DNA of 63,860 bases, counting the filler, from Octopus bimaculoides (Eukaryota): the NCBI RefSeq assembly GCF_001194135.2. It is 4 parts of 4 records of this genome, joined end to end, with 100 filler letters (N's around TTAATTAATTAA, not from the genome) between each part and the next. Parts side by side here need not be neighbours in the genome. Positions count along the whole stretch, not along the records: positions 1 to 31,418 come from NC_068984.1; 3 more parts are not named here. The stretch is one strand, 5' to 3'. Positions 1 through 12,980 of this stretch are shown piece by piece (position 1 is the stretch's first letter; every line of letters starts with the position of its first letter). Under the pieces are notes generated by a model, which saw only the letters and a program-made list of their open reading frames with translations, made no database searches and was not told the origin of the DNA. The position numbers and the translations under genes were made by a program.

Positions 1-186
1 GACACATAAAAGCACCCACTACACTCTCTGAGTGGTTGGCGTTAGGAAGGGCATCCAGCTGTAGAAACTCTGCCAAATTAGACTGGAGCCTGGTGTTGCC
101 ATCCGGTTTCACCAGTCCTCAGTCAAATCGTCCAACCCATGCTAGCATGGAAAGCGGACGTTAAACGATGATGATGATGATGATGA
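1..186 (+). mobile_element. 3' end of SINE/RTE-tail repeat ending in (GAT)n
   Basis: ggcgttaggaagggcatccagctgtagaaa...catgctagcatggaaagcggacgttaaacgatgatgatg; related inverted copies at 505-900, 3410-3590, 7130-7370 and 53450-53630. Confidence 0.75.
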
Positions 187-349
187 TATATATATACTCA
201 TGCTTTGAGTTCTGTTTTACCAATGAAGGAAGGGTAGCGAGAAAAGAGGAGGGATAAATCAGAAATAAAACAAGTTAAAATTCTGAATGTATTATTTCAT
301 TCATTAGTTTTAAATATAAGGATTGAACAGCTAACATTATATATATACA

Positions 350-485
350 TGTATATAGTCCTTTCTGTTGAACAGCATAGGCTCAATATGTCAAAGATTT
401 TTCCATTCTTCCCAACAGTTAAACTAATACACCTGCTTGTTGTTCCCTAATCTGTCTTCATCTTTTGTTTTCTGTAAACTTGAAC
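350..485 (+). mobile_element. Penelope-like element terminal repeat fragment
   Basis: Reverse-complement homologue of 18790-18940 and 20730-20870; carries a decayed hammerhead-like motif. Confidence 0.55.
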
Positions 486-2039
486 CTAACACATGCACAC
501 AGACAAACATATATATCATCATCATCTTTTAACATTCGCTTTCCATGCTGGCATAGGTTGGACGGTTTGACTGAGGACTGGTGAGTCAGAGGCTGCACCA
601 GGCTCAATCTGATCTGGCAAAGTTTCGCCCTTCCTAATGCCAACCACTCCGAGAGTGTAGTGGATGCTTTTTACATGCCACCAGCACAAGGGCCAGTCAG
701 GCTGTTCTGGCAACGACCACGCTCAAAAGGTGATTTTACATGCTACCTGCACGGGAGCCAGTCCAGCAGCTCTGGCAACAACCACGCTTGAATGTTGTTT
801 TTCACGTGCCACCGGCATGGGCACCAATCTGTGGCCCTGGCAACGATCATGCTTGAATATGCTTTTAATGTTCTACTGGCACGAGTGCCAATCAGGTGGT
901 ACTGTCATCGGCATAAATATATATATATATAAAAGTGTTCAACCAATTCCCTTCAGAAGAAAGCAATAATTTTCAAAATATATTTTAATGGCAATGTTAT
1001 ATTTATGCTAATGGCACATGCTTTGTAAAGTTCAATATAAATTAGTGCAGGCCAAATAACTAAAGCTTAGAACATAAGTCATAAATTCAACATCAATCAA
1101 ACATTTAAATGTGTTAAATATAATGGACCTTATCACAGGTAGTTTATGCAGACATATTACTTATTTCTACACACAGTTCAGCTAATCAGAGAATACAGGG
1201 TAAATTATCTATGAATTAATAATAATCTAACCAATTAGACAGATCAGACAAGAGACCAGACTAATTAACCCTGAAATGACAGTTGGTTAGGTAAGGAGAC
1301 AAAACACAGAAAAGCTATCTTAATCATTTAAATCAGCTTAGTCGCAAAACTCTTGATTTGCACCCAACACCATTAGAATCTATCAACTGTGATATTTAAC
1401 CTTTTAGCATTCAGATTACTCTGTCAAATGTAATATTTACTTATCTACATTGTTTTGAATTAATCATGCATTATTTTGTAGCTTCAAGATGTTGGTGATG
1501 GGATTGTTTATTTTTAGATGACCTTGTAGAGTAGGTGTGAGAGGCTGGATCTAGTTGGTTGGAACATAAAATAGGTGGAATATTTGGAGTTGATATGACT
1601 GGTTTAAACACTAAAGAGTTGTGGGGGAAGTGCTGTCACTATTTATTAAAAATCCAAAATACAGAAAAACAATTTTATATCAAAAATGATCGGTATAGTT
1701 GTGTATGTGTGTGTAACAATGACTTATCTAATGCAAAGTCTTCAATATTTAGAGTTTTGTGATACTTGATACTGTAATATTTTTATGTATAGTACTAAAG
1801 ATCCCTGCTTGGCTGTTGGTATCAGTGTCTGCACCTATAAATATACCTTTACTAAAAAGACAAAAAAGAGACAAAACAAGACTGATACTATAACTAATAC
1901 AACTACCAAGAGAATTAAGAAATAAATTAGAAACATTTAATTATCTAAAAAATAAATTATGCAAACGAAATATGCAATTCAGCCTTGATTCATTGCCAAA
2001 AACTGTTTCACTTAAGTTAAATCATGAATAAAAGTTTCA

Positions 2040-2200
2040 CCATGAGCTTCTTTCAGTTTCTATCTAATCATATTTACTCACAAGGTTTTGGTTGGCCTGG
2101 GGTTATATATAGTAGAAGACACTTGCCCAAGATGTTGCAAAGTCAGACTGGATCTGAAACTAGTATAGTTGGGAAATAAATATCATAACCATACAGCCAT
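2040..2200 (-). mobile_element. tRNA-headed CORE-type SINE, decayed
   Basis: gaagacacttgcccaagatgttgc... is the reverse complement of the head/core seen at 9000 and 57290. Confidence 0.7.
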
Positions 2201-4519
2201 GCCGTGATTATATGAGCTACATTTTACAGCTAGAATGGCATTTGGGATTACATCATTTATAGAAGACTTATTTACATATTTCACAATGCTTCTATGGAAA
2301 TGTTCTAAATGTAAACAGATCAACAAAGTTAAAATACTGAAAAATATATGAAATAAAAATTTATATTTAAACTGAATAATCCTAATTTTTTTCAATGTCA
2401 CATTTAAATTCTTACAATTATGATACATTTAAGACTTTTCATTTCTGTAAAAGTTGATATTTCTAGTATCAACAGGTTTTAAAAAACTATTTTTAAGTAT
2501 ATTTATATCTATAAAGATTTCATTCTCCACCACCACCACCCATTAATTCATATTTATTCAATGTCTTAAAACACACTATATTGTTTATGACACCCTATTT
2601 TGCTCTCTCTCTTAAAATATCATGTTCACAAAATATGGAGTAGGACATTCAAGAGCCTAGTTCTAATATAAGTCAATAGGCCAAGTGCTCAGACAAATGA
2701 ATCTCCAAGAAAAAGGAAACTAATTACAGAACATACATTATTATACATTATTTTTACTTTAGCAAATGTTCTATTTTTAGAAACTATGCTATTTGCCATA
2801 TCATTTTCTGTGCTATCTTGTTTCTTTGAAATGCATAATCACTACAATGGCTGAATGCAGGGCCAGATTTAGGCATAAGCTAGTTAAGCGACTGCTAAAG
2901 GCTTCAGTCTGAAGGATTCTAAAAAAAAAATCTCAATATTTTTCATTTGTTAAAGTTTTATAACGATTTATATTTAAGTAATGACTTAAACCAATTAGCA
3001 GTAATCAATATTAGACCCAATTATTAAAAAGTATTTCCTTTCATTTAGAATTATGCTTTAAAAAAAATTCTTATTCAATTATACTAATTTTTCATTATTT
3101 AGGTGGATATTTTTCTTATATATTATTTTATTTTATTTGAAACAATATTTAAAAAGTTTTAATTTTATTAATATTTGCATACAAGTCAGTAGATGTATGA
3201 ATCTATTACAAAAAAAAAAAAAAACTCCCCAACTACTCTCCTTTATGTTACCTCATATTTTACCTGGTAAATGTTTTCTCAGTATTAATTATGTCAATAG
3301 TTCGCAAATATATTTCATTTACAGGCAATTACAAGTTTATGAGAGTATTTTACTGCCAGAAATTAATATGTTTTGTCATCTGATTCACTTAGAGTGACTT
3401 TCCTGTATTATTTTTCATTATCACCATTTAACATCAATCTTCTGTGCTGGCTTCAGATGGGCAGTTTGACGGGATCTGATAGGCCTATGAACTGCATCAT
3501 GCTCCAGTGTCTTCTTTGGTATGGTTTCTACAGCTGAATGTCCTTTGTAAGACCAAACAATAAAATGTCTTGAAATTGAATTGATAAAGGTAATTTTTTT
3601 AAATTCTGTTGGAACAATTCTCTATGTATTTGTAGTTGCTGTGGTCAAGGATGTGTTAGTAGTATCAAAAGCTTCTGGGCAAACCAGTACAATGAGCCCA
3701 GTAGCAGTTGTTTCAAGGCCCCTAGACCCATGGGGCCCTAAGACAACCACCCAGTGTGCCCATGCCTTAAGACGGCACTAGTTGTTGTTATTTAGCCCTA
3801 GTTCAGTCCAGTTTAAGTAAACCGGTGATAAAAGACATTTCAGCCATGACCATGCCATCTTTTATTCCTGCATAATGTATCTAGAACAACACTATTCAAT
3901 GTGTCCTATTTTTTTAAAAAGATGATAGGGTATGATTAAGAGAGATTCAGCTACTATTTCTAGCAAATTCCTAGCTAAGTTAAGATAACATTATGAGGCA
4001 CTCTTGTAGGTTCCTTCTGGAACTGTGTTTAATTTGCTATTCTAGTACTTATATTCAACCTTATTTGTAGCTAAGTCAAAGAATGACAAACAGTGCTCGT
4101 CAATTTATGAAAATCCTCTGAAACTAATGGAAAAGTATGGAAAAAAAAAACACAACACAAGGCTTGGTGCACTAAGAAGCACTGATTTATCTTCAAACCA
4201 GGCTTAGTACATTAAGAAACATTGAGTTATCCTCAAACTAGATAACTGGCCTGAGTGAATGCAGCAAAGTGAACTCAGATAGAAGTGTGAGACTAGCAGA
4301 AAGACTAGGTCTACCATTCAAGAACAAGTACAGTCCATCTAACTATTTCCATCTACCCAATTTCGCTTACAGAAGATTGGGTCAACCTGCAGTAAGGTTA
4401 GAAAACACTTGCCCAAGATGTTACAACTTGGAATTAAACCCAGAACCATGTGCTTACAAAACAAACATCTTAAGGGCATGATTATGTTAATATCATCATT
4501 TTAACTTTCACTTTTGCTT

Positions 4520-4885
4520 GCTTGCATGTGTCAGATAGAATTTGTTGAAGCAGATTTTCTATGACTGGATGAGCTTTCTGTCACTAACCACCACCTGCTT
4601 CCAAGCGAGATATTTCCCCTTGGCTGGAAATGTTTACATGAAAAATCGGAAACTGAAGACACTCCTTATTTGACAGTGTTGCTCATTTACAACTATAACT
4701 TGATGTCAAGACAAGAAGACCCAAACAAACACACATGATGAACCTTTTTTGGTTTTTGTCTATCATATCCACTCACAAGGTCTTGGTCAGTTCAGGTCTA
4801 GAAGATACTTGCTCAAGGTGTCATGCAGGGAGACTGAACCTGAAACCACATGGTTGGGAAGCAAACTTCTTGACTACATAGCCAT
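4520..4885 (-). mobile_element. Nested decayed SINE fragments
   Basis: RTE-tail-type fragment followed by an inverted CORE-SINE head; CpGs largely decayed. Confidence 0.6.
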
Positions 4886-5539
4886 GCTAAGCCACTGATA
4901 TATTTTCTTAGTAAACTAAGCCAATAACCTATAAATCAAACATCACCATAAAACAAAGAAATCCATTTTTTTTCCATTGGTGAAATTTCTTAAATACTTG
5001 TTACTATTTATATATAATTTAGCACTCTAAACTAACTGGTTTATATAATTGATTTTAATAATTGTTTTGTAGTAGTCTGTCATTATTTTTTCATTTCTAG
5101 TAGGCAAATAACTCAACATATAGTGTTTCTTGTATCATTATCAAAGAGAAAACAAAAATGCAGACACAAAAGAATGATGATATCAACTAACAGAAAATGA
5201 TACTACACATTCTATCTTGTTCCAGGCAGATGTTAGAATACAGTGTCTGTGCGTGTGCGCGCATGATGGACTCTCCCATTGGTGTCAATGTATGAAGATC
5301 CAACAACCTACACTTTCTTTGTCAGACATAATGCATATGTCAAGTGTGACATTTGAGTCCCGCCAACAATTTGCAAAGCCTGCAGATGTTGCAAAGTATG
5401 ATATTTGTAACCGCTTTTCTCCTTTGCCATGCACTCTTAGCCTGTTAATGCTAGTTAAAAGTGTGTGTGTGTATATGTATACACACACATACAGGAGGCA
5501 ACATCTCTCTCTCTCTCTCTTTTTCCTTCTCAAGTCATA

Positions 5540-5770
5540 CCAAATCATAAGGACCAGGTTCCAAGTTTCCATGGTGTATATATTCCCCACCTGGATGGGA
5601 CACGAGTCCGTCACAGGATTACTCATTTTTGCCAACTGAGTGGACTGGAGCAATGTGAAATGAAGTGTTTTGCTCAAGAACACAACGCGTTGCCTGGTCC
5701 AAGAATCAAAACCACAATCTTACAATCATGAGTCCAACACCTTAACCAATAAGCCACACACTTCCACTAC
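5540..5770 (-). mobile_element. tRNA-derived SINE (second family)
   Basis: actgagtggactggagcaatgtgaaatgaagtgttttgctcaagaacacaac; homologue at 41860-42165. Confidence 0.65.
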
Positions 5771-7769
5771 AGGAAGCAACAGGGGGAACAGGTGTGGCTG
5801 TGTGTTTAAGAAGCTTACCTTTCAACTATATGACCTTGGGTAAGTACCTTCTACTATAGCTCCAGGTCAACCAAAGACTTGTCGGGGGATTTGGCAAAAA
5901 AGAAACTGAAAAGAAGCCTGCCATCTATGTATATGTGAGTACCCCCTCCCTTGACATTATGTGATGGATGCAAATGAGCATCACCATCAAACAAGCAATG
6001 TTGTTCATTTCCAGTCTTCCATGAAAAATATTTTTGTTCAAAGAGAAATATTACTGTGCTTAGAAACAGGTGAGGATTGGCAACAAGAAGGGCATCCAGC
6101 CACAGAAAATCTGCCTCAACAAATCAACAAATTCCATCTGAGCCATTCAAGTATAAAAATGTCAATGTTAAATGAGGATGATGAATGAGATACACACAAA
6201 TACTATGTATACAACCATATATAGTGCCTTGGGCAAGTGTTTTCTAGTATATTCCTGGGTGGACAAAGGTAAGAGTAGGCGACCCAAGGGAGAGAGAGTG
6301 ATGGCTGGCAGTACTCAAAAGATGGAATCAGAGTGTAAAATGTACAGAAAGTTCAATGCAGTCCCATTAGGAGTGACATTCAGCCGTAGAAACACTTGCC
6401 AAAGAAGATACTGGAGCACAATGCAGTCCTCGGACTATTCTCTTCATTCAGGCAGAGTGAAGCGGATAGTCTGAAGAAGTTTCTTATACACAGGCTTAAT
6501 AAAAGGTGAAGGTGACAGAGTGATGAGGGAGCTATTTGGGGTTCACAGATTAAGTGCAAATAGACCCCCATACTATTCATGAGTAAGTGAGGAGTAAAGG
6601 TGAGTGGAAAGATGAAAGATGGAAGAAAAAGAGATAAAGATGAGTGAAGGAGGGAGACTGCCACCACCACCACTACCACCCCACCAAAGTGCAAAGGTAA
6701 GAGATCATAGGCAAGAGTCTAAAGTCATATCATCAACTATCTTTTACTCATCATTGGACTACAACCATTCTGAGGCACCACCTTGAAGGAGAAATAAGTG
6801 AGTAATATTTGGAAAGTAATGTCAACTACTTGAATACAGTTAAGGTGCTTTACAGTTGTATACCTAGATGGGCTACTATTTTCTAGAATAATGTTACTAT
6901 GTGTTCTGAAAGTCTAATACAAAATATAAACTGTATAATATAATATAATATGAAGTGTAAGTCAAGTGTTAGGAGTGTTTATTGAGTGGAGCTTGTGCAA
7001 ATATTATAAATGTTGAGAAACAGTGGAATAATGTATCAGAAAATTGTGACACACTGTAATATGATCAAGTATTAGTCCATTATAGCCGAATGTGCTAAGA
7101 GTTAATAAAATACAGTGCATGAACACATACATATATCATCATCATTGTTCTAATATATATTTTTCCATGCTTGCATGGGTTAGACTGAATTTATTCAAAC
7201 CGATATTCTATGGTTGGATACCCATCCCATCACCAAACCTCACCTATTTCCAAGCATGGCTAGACAGGTTTTCACAGAAGATTGGAGAGGAATGACACTG
7301 CTTGTATGATGACACTCATTTACAACCATCACATGATGTCAAGGCCAGGGTACTCACAAACATGCATATACAACACGTTTCTTTTCAGTTTCCTTCCACC
7401 AAATTCATTCACATGGCCTTGGTTGGCCTTAGAGCTATAGTAGAAGGTACTTGCCCAACATGTTGCATAATGAAACTGAATCTAGGACAATATGGTTGAG
7501 AAGTAAGCTTCAGTCACACCTCCAATGTCAAGAAGGAACATACACACCCATATATACATACATATATGTAATGGGCTTTCATTTTCCTTCAACCAAATCT
7601 ACTCACAAGGCTCTGGCTGGCCCCAAAAGGCTTATGACCCTTTGTCGAGTGACATACGAGAAGTGAAACAGAGAGAGAGAGGAGAGAGAGCTAGAAGGTA
7701 ATCTGCATTTGTTGCTAATTCTTTTGGCTTTACTAAACAAGTTTATCTCATGTGCTCAGAGGAAGTTAA

Positions 7770-8450
7770 CAGTTTCTCCATGACATTCTGAACAATCCAA
7801 TGAGAGAACAAAAGCTTGAGCTTCTAAAAATCTTACCATACCCCACTCAACTGCATCTCCCCAACAACAGAGATCAATCTCAGGCTGGAGAAATGGTTGT
7901 GCTCAGTATACAGAAAAAAAAAATAGGGAAAAATCTCCATACACTATACATGGTGAGCTATGGGTGCACAAGAAGTGTACTGAAATTACAGGTAGGTGTC
8001 ATTGAATAAAGAATCTGTATGAAGCAGATGTACAAAAGTAGTTAATAATCGGAACATTAGTAAAATAACTCCCTTTTGATGTTTGGCAGGCACCATAGAA
8101 ATAGTTTATAGCTTGTTACTTAGCAACCTGATCATCAGTGGTGCTCTGAATGCAAAATAACCAGAATGAGAAGCAGAAAATTACAGGTAATTTATTACCT
8201 CGGCTGGCATCGTTAGGGTTATCTCATTACACGTTGTGTACAAAATGCAATGCTGAATTGTAATAAAACATGGACTGAACACAAAGAAGGATGGGCAAAG
8301 GAAATGGCATAGGGATGATAACAGATGAGTAAAGAAGTGCCAGGAGATCCAAGAGGAAGAAAACTAAAAAAGAGGTTGAACAAGGAACATATGGCTAGGA
8401 GTAGACAAAGCTGATATCACAATGTTAAACTTCACAAAGGGGATTAAAAA
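7770..8450 (+). mobile_element. Highly decayed RTE-type LINE, ORF2 C-terminal region
   Basis: Broken frames give TEINLRLEKW, YGC..KLQV, WTEHKEGWAKEM and GDPRGRKLKKR, matching the order of RTE C-terminal motifs. Confidence 0.5.
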
Positions 8451-8513
8451 GGAATGCACCAAACGACAGTATGTTGAAAAGAACTCAGCCAAACCATGCA
8501 AGCATGGTAAATC

Positions 8514-8554
<41 letters not shown>

Positions 8555-8819
8555 NNNNNNNNNNNNNNNNNNNNNNNNNNNNNNNNNNNNNNNNNNNNNN
8601 NNNNNNNNNNNNNNNNNNNNNNNNNNNNNNNNNNNNNNNNNNNNNNNNNNNNNNNNNNNNNNNNNNNNNNNNNNNNNNNNNNNNNNNNNNNNNNNNNNNN
8701 NNNNNNNNNNNNNNNNNNNNNNNNNNNNNNNNNNNNNNNNNNNNNNNNNNNNNNNNNNNNNNNNNNNNNNNNNNNNNNNNNNNNNNNNNNNNNNNNNNNN
8801 NNNNNNNNNNNNNNNNNNG

Positions 8820-8967
8820 GTATTGGTAGTGCAAATCAGAGGTGCAATCTGTGTGGGTGTTTTTTCAAAACACTGTCTGGTTTAAAAAGCCACATCAGAC
8901 GCCATGAAAGGGCTAAGGTGTAGGTGCAGGAGGTGGTCAAACTCTGTTTAAGGAGTAGACAACCACC

Positions 8968-8970
<3 letters not shown>
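8820..8970 (+). mobile_element. 3' end of a LINE (probably RTE) encoding a C2H2 finger
   Basis: CNLCGCFFKTLSGLKSHIRRH then stop; shares its 3' tail (ctaaggtgtaggt..aggaggtggtcaaactct) with 30070-30175. Confidence 0.7.
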
Positions 8971-8999
<29 letters not shown>

Positions 9000-9000
<1 letters not shown>

Positions 9001-9372
9001 GGTGCTGGCGTGGTTGTAAGACGCTTGCTCCCCCAAAGACATTGCTCCGGGTTCAGTCCCACTGCATGGTACCTTGGTCAAATATCTTTTACTATAACCT
9101 CGAGCCGACTAAAGCCTTGTGAGTGAATTTACTAGACGCAAACCGAAAGGAACCTGTCGTGTATGTATGTGGGTATTTATGCATGTGTTTTCCCCCCACC
9201 ATCGCCCGACAACCGATGTTGGTGTGTTTACGTCCCTGTAGCTTAACAGTTCGGCAAAAGAGACCGACAGAATAAGTAATAGGCTTACAAAAAATAAGTT
9301 CTGAGGTCGAGGTGCTCCAGCATGGCCGCAGTCAAATGACTAAAATAGGTAAAAGAATAAAAGAATATATAT
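9000..9372 (+). mobile_element. tRNA-headed CORE-type SINE with composite tail, CpGs retained
   Basis: A-box-like ggcgtggttgtaag, B-box-like ggttcagtccc, core ggtaccttggtcaaat, tail cagcatggccgcagtcaaatgac...aaaagaataaaagaata. Confidence 0.8.
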
Positions 9373-12300
9373 CGTCAATGTATCATATATCCGAAAAAAA
9401 AGAAAAGAAGCAGTGACCAATAAAAGAGTGACCAATAGTTTCGCATCATGCGAAACCATAGGTCATTCTTTGACCGGACATTAACTTTACCACTTTGATA
9501 ATATATTATATGCACGCGCCCACTTTCTTTGTATATACCTATACACACATACATATTTATGTATACAAAAAATTATGCGTATATTATTAATATATGCATA
9601 CATTTTATATGCGTGCATATGTACGTACATTTATACGCATGTATGCGTGTGTGAATCGAAATGGATGTTAAGTGATAAATAACATAGGAAGAGGTTGACA
9701 GACTTCGAATAAAGTCTGTCTGAAGGTTTGTTCACGAGTAAGTATGCGTATATATGTAACACATGTGCGTAGTTATATATACACACACACATATGGTGAC
9801 ATGCACGGGTATGCACGCAGCCATAAACAAGAGAGAGAAAGAGAGGGGGGGGCTTATTGGTGAGACAGACAATGAAAAACTAAGCAGGAGAAAAAAGTTC
9901 ATATTTTCTTAAAATTTTTTAAATAAAATGAATGAAACAAAGGCTGGCCAACGATAATATGATATATATATAAATATATATATATATAATCTTTTGCAAG
10001 AAAATATTTCTGATAAATATCTAACAAATCGCAGAGTAGTGGAGCTGGGATAGTAAATTTGCACAGAAGTATTTTTAGTAGGTTTTACAACCAACAACAG
10101 ATGAATGGACAGGGGCTGCTCAAAGAGTATGAATGAAAGAATGAATGGTTGACTGAAAGTAGTTCAAATTTCCTTGAGCTTTTGATCGGTTTAGATAAAA
10201 GAAGTTAACAAATAATATCTCTCCACTGATAGATAACAAAAAAACAACTATTGACTTTATAATACTAATTCGCCACTTAAAATCACACTTGAAATACACA
10301 AGTGTGTATGCGAGTGTGAGCGCGCGCACATGTGTATTAGTTATTACAAATTCGTGGCAGAAAAAGTTGAAATATTTATTTTCGTTCGAGGTTGATGATT
10401 CACCCGCCACCAACACCACGACCATCTATTGCCTCTATTTGGAGATTCGGCGTTTGCGCGTTCGATCCAAGATTAACATTGAAACAGCATCCTTTCATAG
10501 CACGAACGAACGCATAAAAGTACTCGAATTAGCATTTTTTTTCTGTCTTGTTCGAAAATACAAACGTATAATTATTGAGTTAATATCTATTTCTCGTAAC
10601 ATGAATCTTTTTTTTCCTAACAATCCTAATATTTATTCGTATATGTAACTTTCTTTCAATTCATTTTCTTTTCTTATTAAAAGATTGCCAAATTATTTCT
10701 TGATTCCTGATGCTCATTTAGTGTGTGTGTGTGTGTGTATATGTATACGTACACACACACGTTTACATATTTTCGTTTATTAATTTGTGTTGCAAGATTC
10801 CTGATGTGAAACTGTGTTGCAACAGATACTGTTATATTTCGGGATGGTGGGTTTAATTATTATTATTTTTTTTTTTTTGCCAAATAAACACACGCACTAT
10901 GGTGCGTGTTTATTTAGCAAAAAAAAGACCACTCCGAAAATATATATATATATCTATAGATAGATATATATATATATATAATATAATATATATGTGCAGG
11001 GATGGGATGGTAAAATCGGTTTATAACAAAAATACCTTGCGGTAATTTGTTCCGTTCAGGTTACTTCCCTTTATGCCTGATCAACTTTGCCTTTTGTCCC
11101 TTGCGAAATCGATAAAAGTCAGAATTCAAGTAGGGGATCGAGATAATCGGCTCTTGACGGCAATGCCCTAGCAATAGATAGCTTTAATAACTTTGCTACA
11201 CTACAACTGAAACCAACAAAAGAATGAAAGTACATCACATTTTTATTCATACAGGTTTTCTTTGTCAGCAATAAAAAAAAACTCGTAATTACCATCCAAT
11301 TTCAGTTTACCCATCGCTTTAAATTATACGTGTGTGTGTGTTTGTTTTCCAAATTTCTACGGTTTAGAATTAATTCAAATATGCGATTGTTTGAAAATAC
11401 ACTCAACCGGAAGTTTCTACTTTCATTGTCAATGAAACATCATTTTTCGAGCATTGCGGACAGAAGCAAAACAAAGACATGTAAAATAACATTAGGTATG
11501 ATCAACAAAAAAAAAAATGATCACAGACTTGCTATGTAAATATGGAATCATTTAAGTGGAAAATTCGCGCGGGGGAGGGGTAAGACGATATAAAACTGTT
11601 ACTCTGTACATGACGGAAAGAAAGCCACTTGTAAATGATGCTCATTGTCAAATGACAAATCCACAGAAACAGACAATATATTAGACGTGTATATTTTATG
11701 ACATTTGTAAAACTAAAAGAATGTATAATCAATCAGATTAGTATTGGGTTACAAAATAGCTTTAATACGGTTTAAAAACTTAGACGAAAAAGTATTTTCT
11801 TTGTTTGATATACCGTTTAAAAAAACAATAACTAAATTTGACCTGGTAAGCAGCCAACCAACCTCAAAACAGACCATTCAAGTGAAACATCTTTTTTTAT
11901 ACTCAACTGTCAATTTTAAAGTGGAGTGGGAGAGGATGTTTGTAGCAATTGTACCTGAAGGCACTAAAAAACATCATCTGGATGTATGTATATATATATA
12001 TATATGTGTGTGTGTGTACATATATACATACGCACACACACACAGATAGCTTAGAGTATATATTAAATATTTTTCATAATCCTTTTCAAAAGCCGAGCTA
12101 GAAGCAAAATCTAACACTATAAATGTGTATGTGTGGTAAGGTAAATTCTGAGAACACCGACAGGTGTGATTATAGTATAACAAAAGGTGAAAAACTTTAA
12201 GCAGAGTGTGATAATGAATTGTATTACTTTTACTAAGAGTTTTGACAATATTTGTCAAGAAATACATAATTATCACCAGCAATATTTTGATGGAATTGAA

Positions 12301-12510
12301 AATGGGAGAATCCTTCTGCATCAAGTTCAAATCCTACTGGGTTGAGGATCCATTTTGCCTTTCATTATTTGTGGGTGAAAAGAATAATTACGATTTGATT
12401 AAATCACTTAAAATCTATTAGCCATTTGTGGCTTTGCAACAATGTAAAAACAAAAATGAACTTCTTGTCAGCAAAGTGAGTGAGCCTTAAAGCAACAAGT
12501 TGCTTTATAA

Positions 12511-12767
12511 CAGTGGTTCTCAATTAGAGTCCGCAATGACCCTTGGCCGTCCATATAAGATTTTGTTGTTAAAATTTATGTGTGAATAATTGGTTATACT
12601 TCAACAATACACAAAATATATGACAATGTTTTTTTATACAATTCCTAATAATATTTAATTATAATAATATAATAAGTCTTTTTTAAACATTGAATGGCTA
12701 TGGAAGTCCACCTGAAGAAAATAGGAATCAAATAGGTCCATAGGCAAAGAATGGTCGAGAACCACTG
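12511..12767. mobile_element. hAT (Charlie-type) MITE
   Basis: TIRs CAGTGGTTCTC / GAGAACCACTG with a perfect 8-bp TSD CTTTATAA (12503-12510 and 12768-12775). Confidence 0.9.
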
Positions 12768-12799
12768 CTTTATAATATCTAGTTTGGTGCTCTCAATGT

Positions 12800-12980
12800 T
12801 CTCAGTTGAAATCTCAGAATATCAATACCACATCTGAAAATATTACTTTCCAGTTAACAATTGTTTACTCTTTCACTCCTTTTGCAATGTACCTCTTATT
12901 TATGGTCCAGCATCCATAAAATTCTTTGGCAATCTTATTTCAAAGAAATCTCGTCAAGGAGTTAAAACATACAAAAGAAA
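12800..12980 (-). mobile_element. Decayed RTE LINE fragment
   Basis: Minus strand resembles FFEMRC.RRIL.I.W.DH..N.EV with frameshifts. Confidence 0.4.

Noticed and set aside
7772-7952. Open plus-strand exon candidate ending ATG|GTGAGC, and a minus-strand 48-nt candidate PEIDLCCWGDAVEWGM|GTAAGA (7837-7884)
   Set aside because: Both lie within a decayed RTE ORF2 (another frame gives TEINLRLEKW, followed by further RTE motifs), so the splice signals are probably chance.
11737-11844. Plus-strand open segment LVLGYKIALIRFKNLDEKVFSLFDIPFKKTITKFDL ending at GTAAGC
   Set aside because: Weak acceptor, no recognisable homology and no partner exons.
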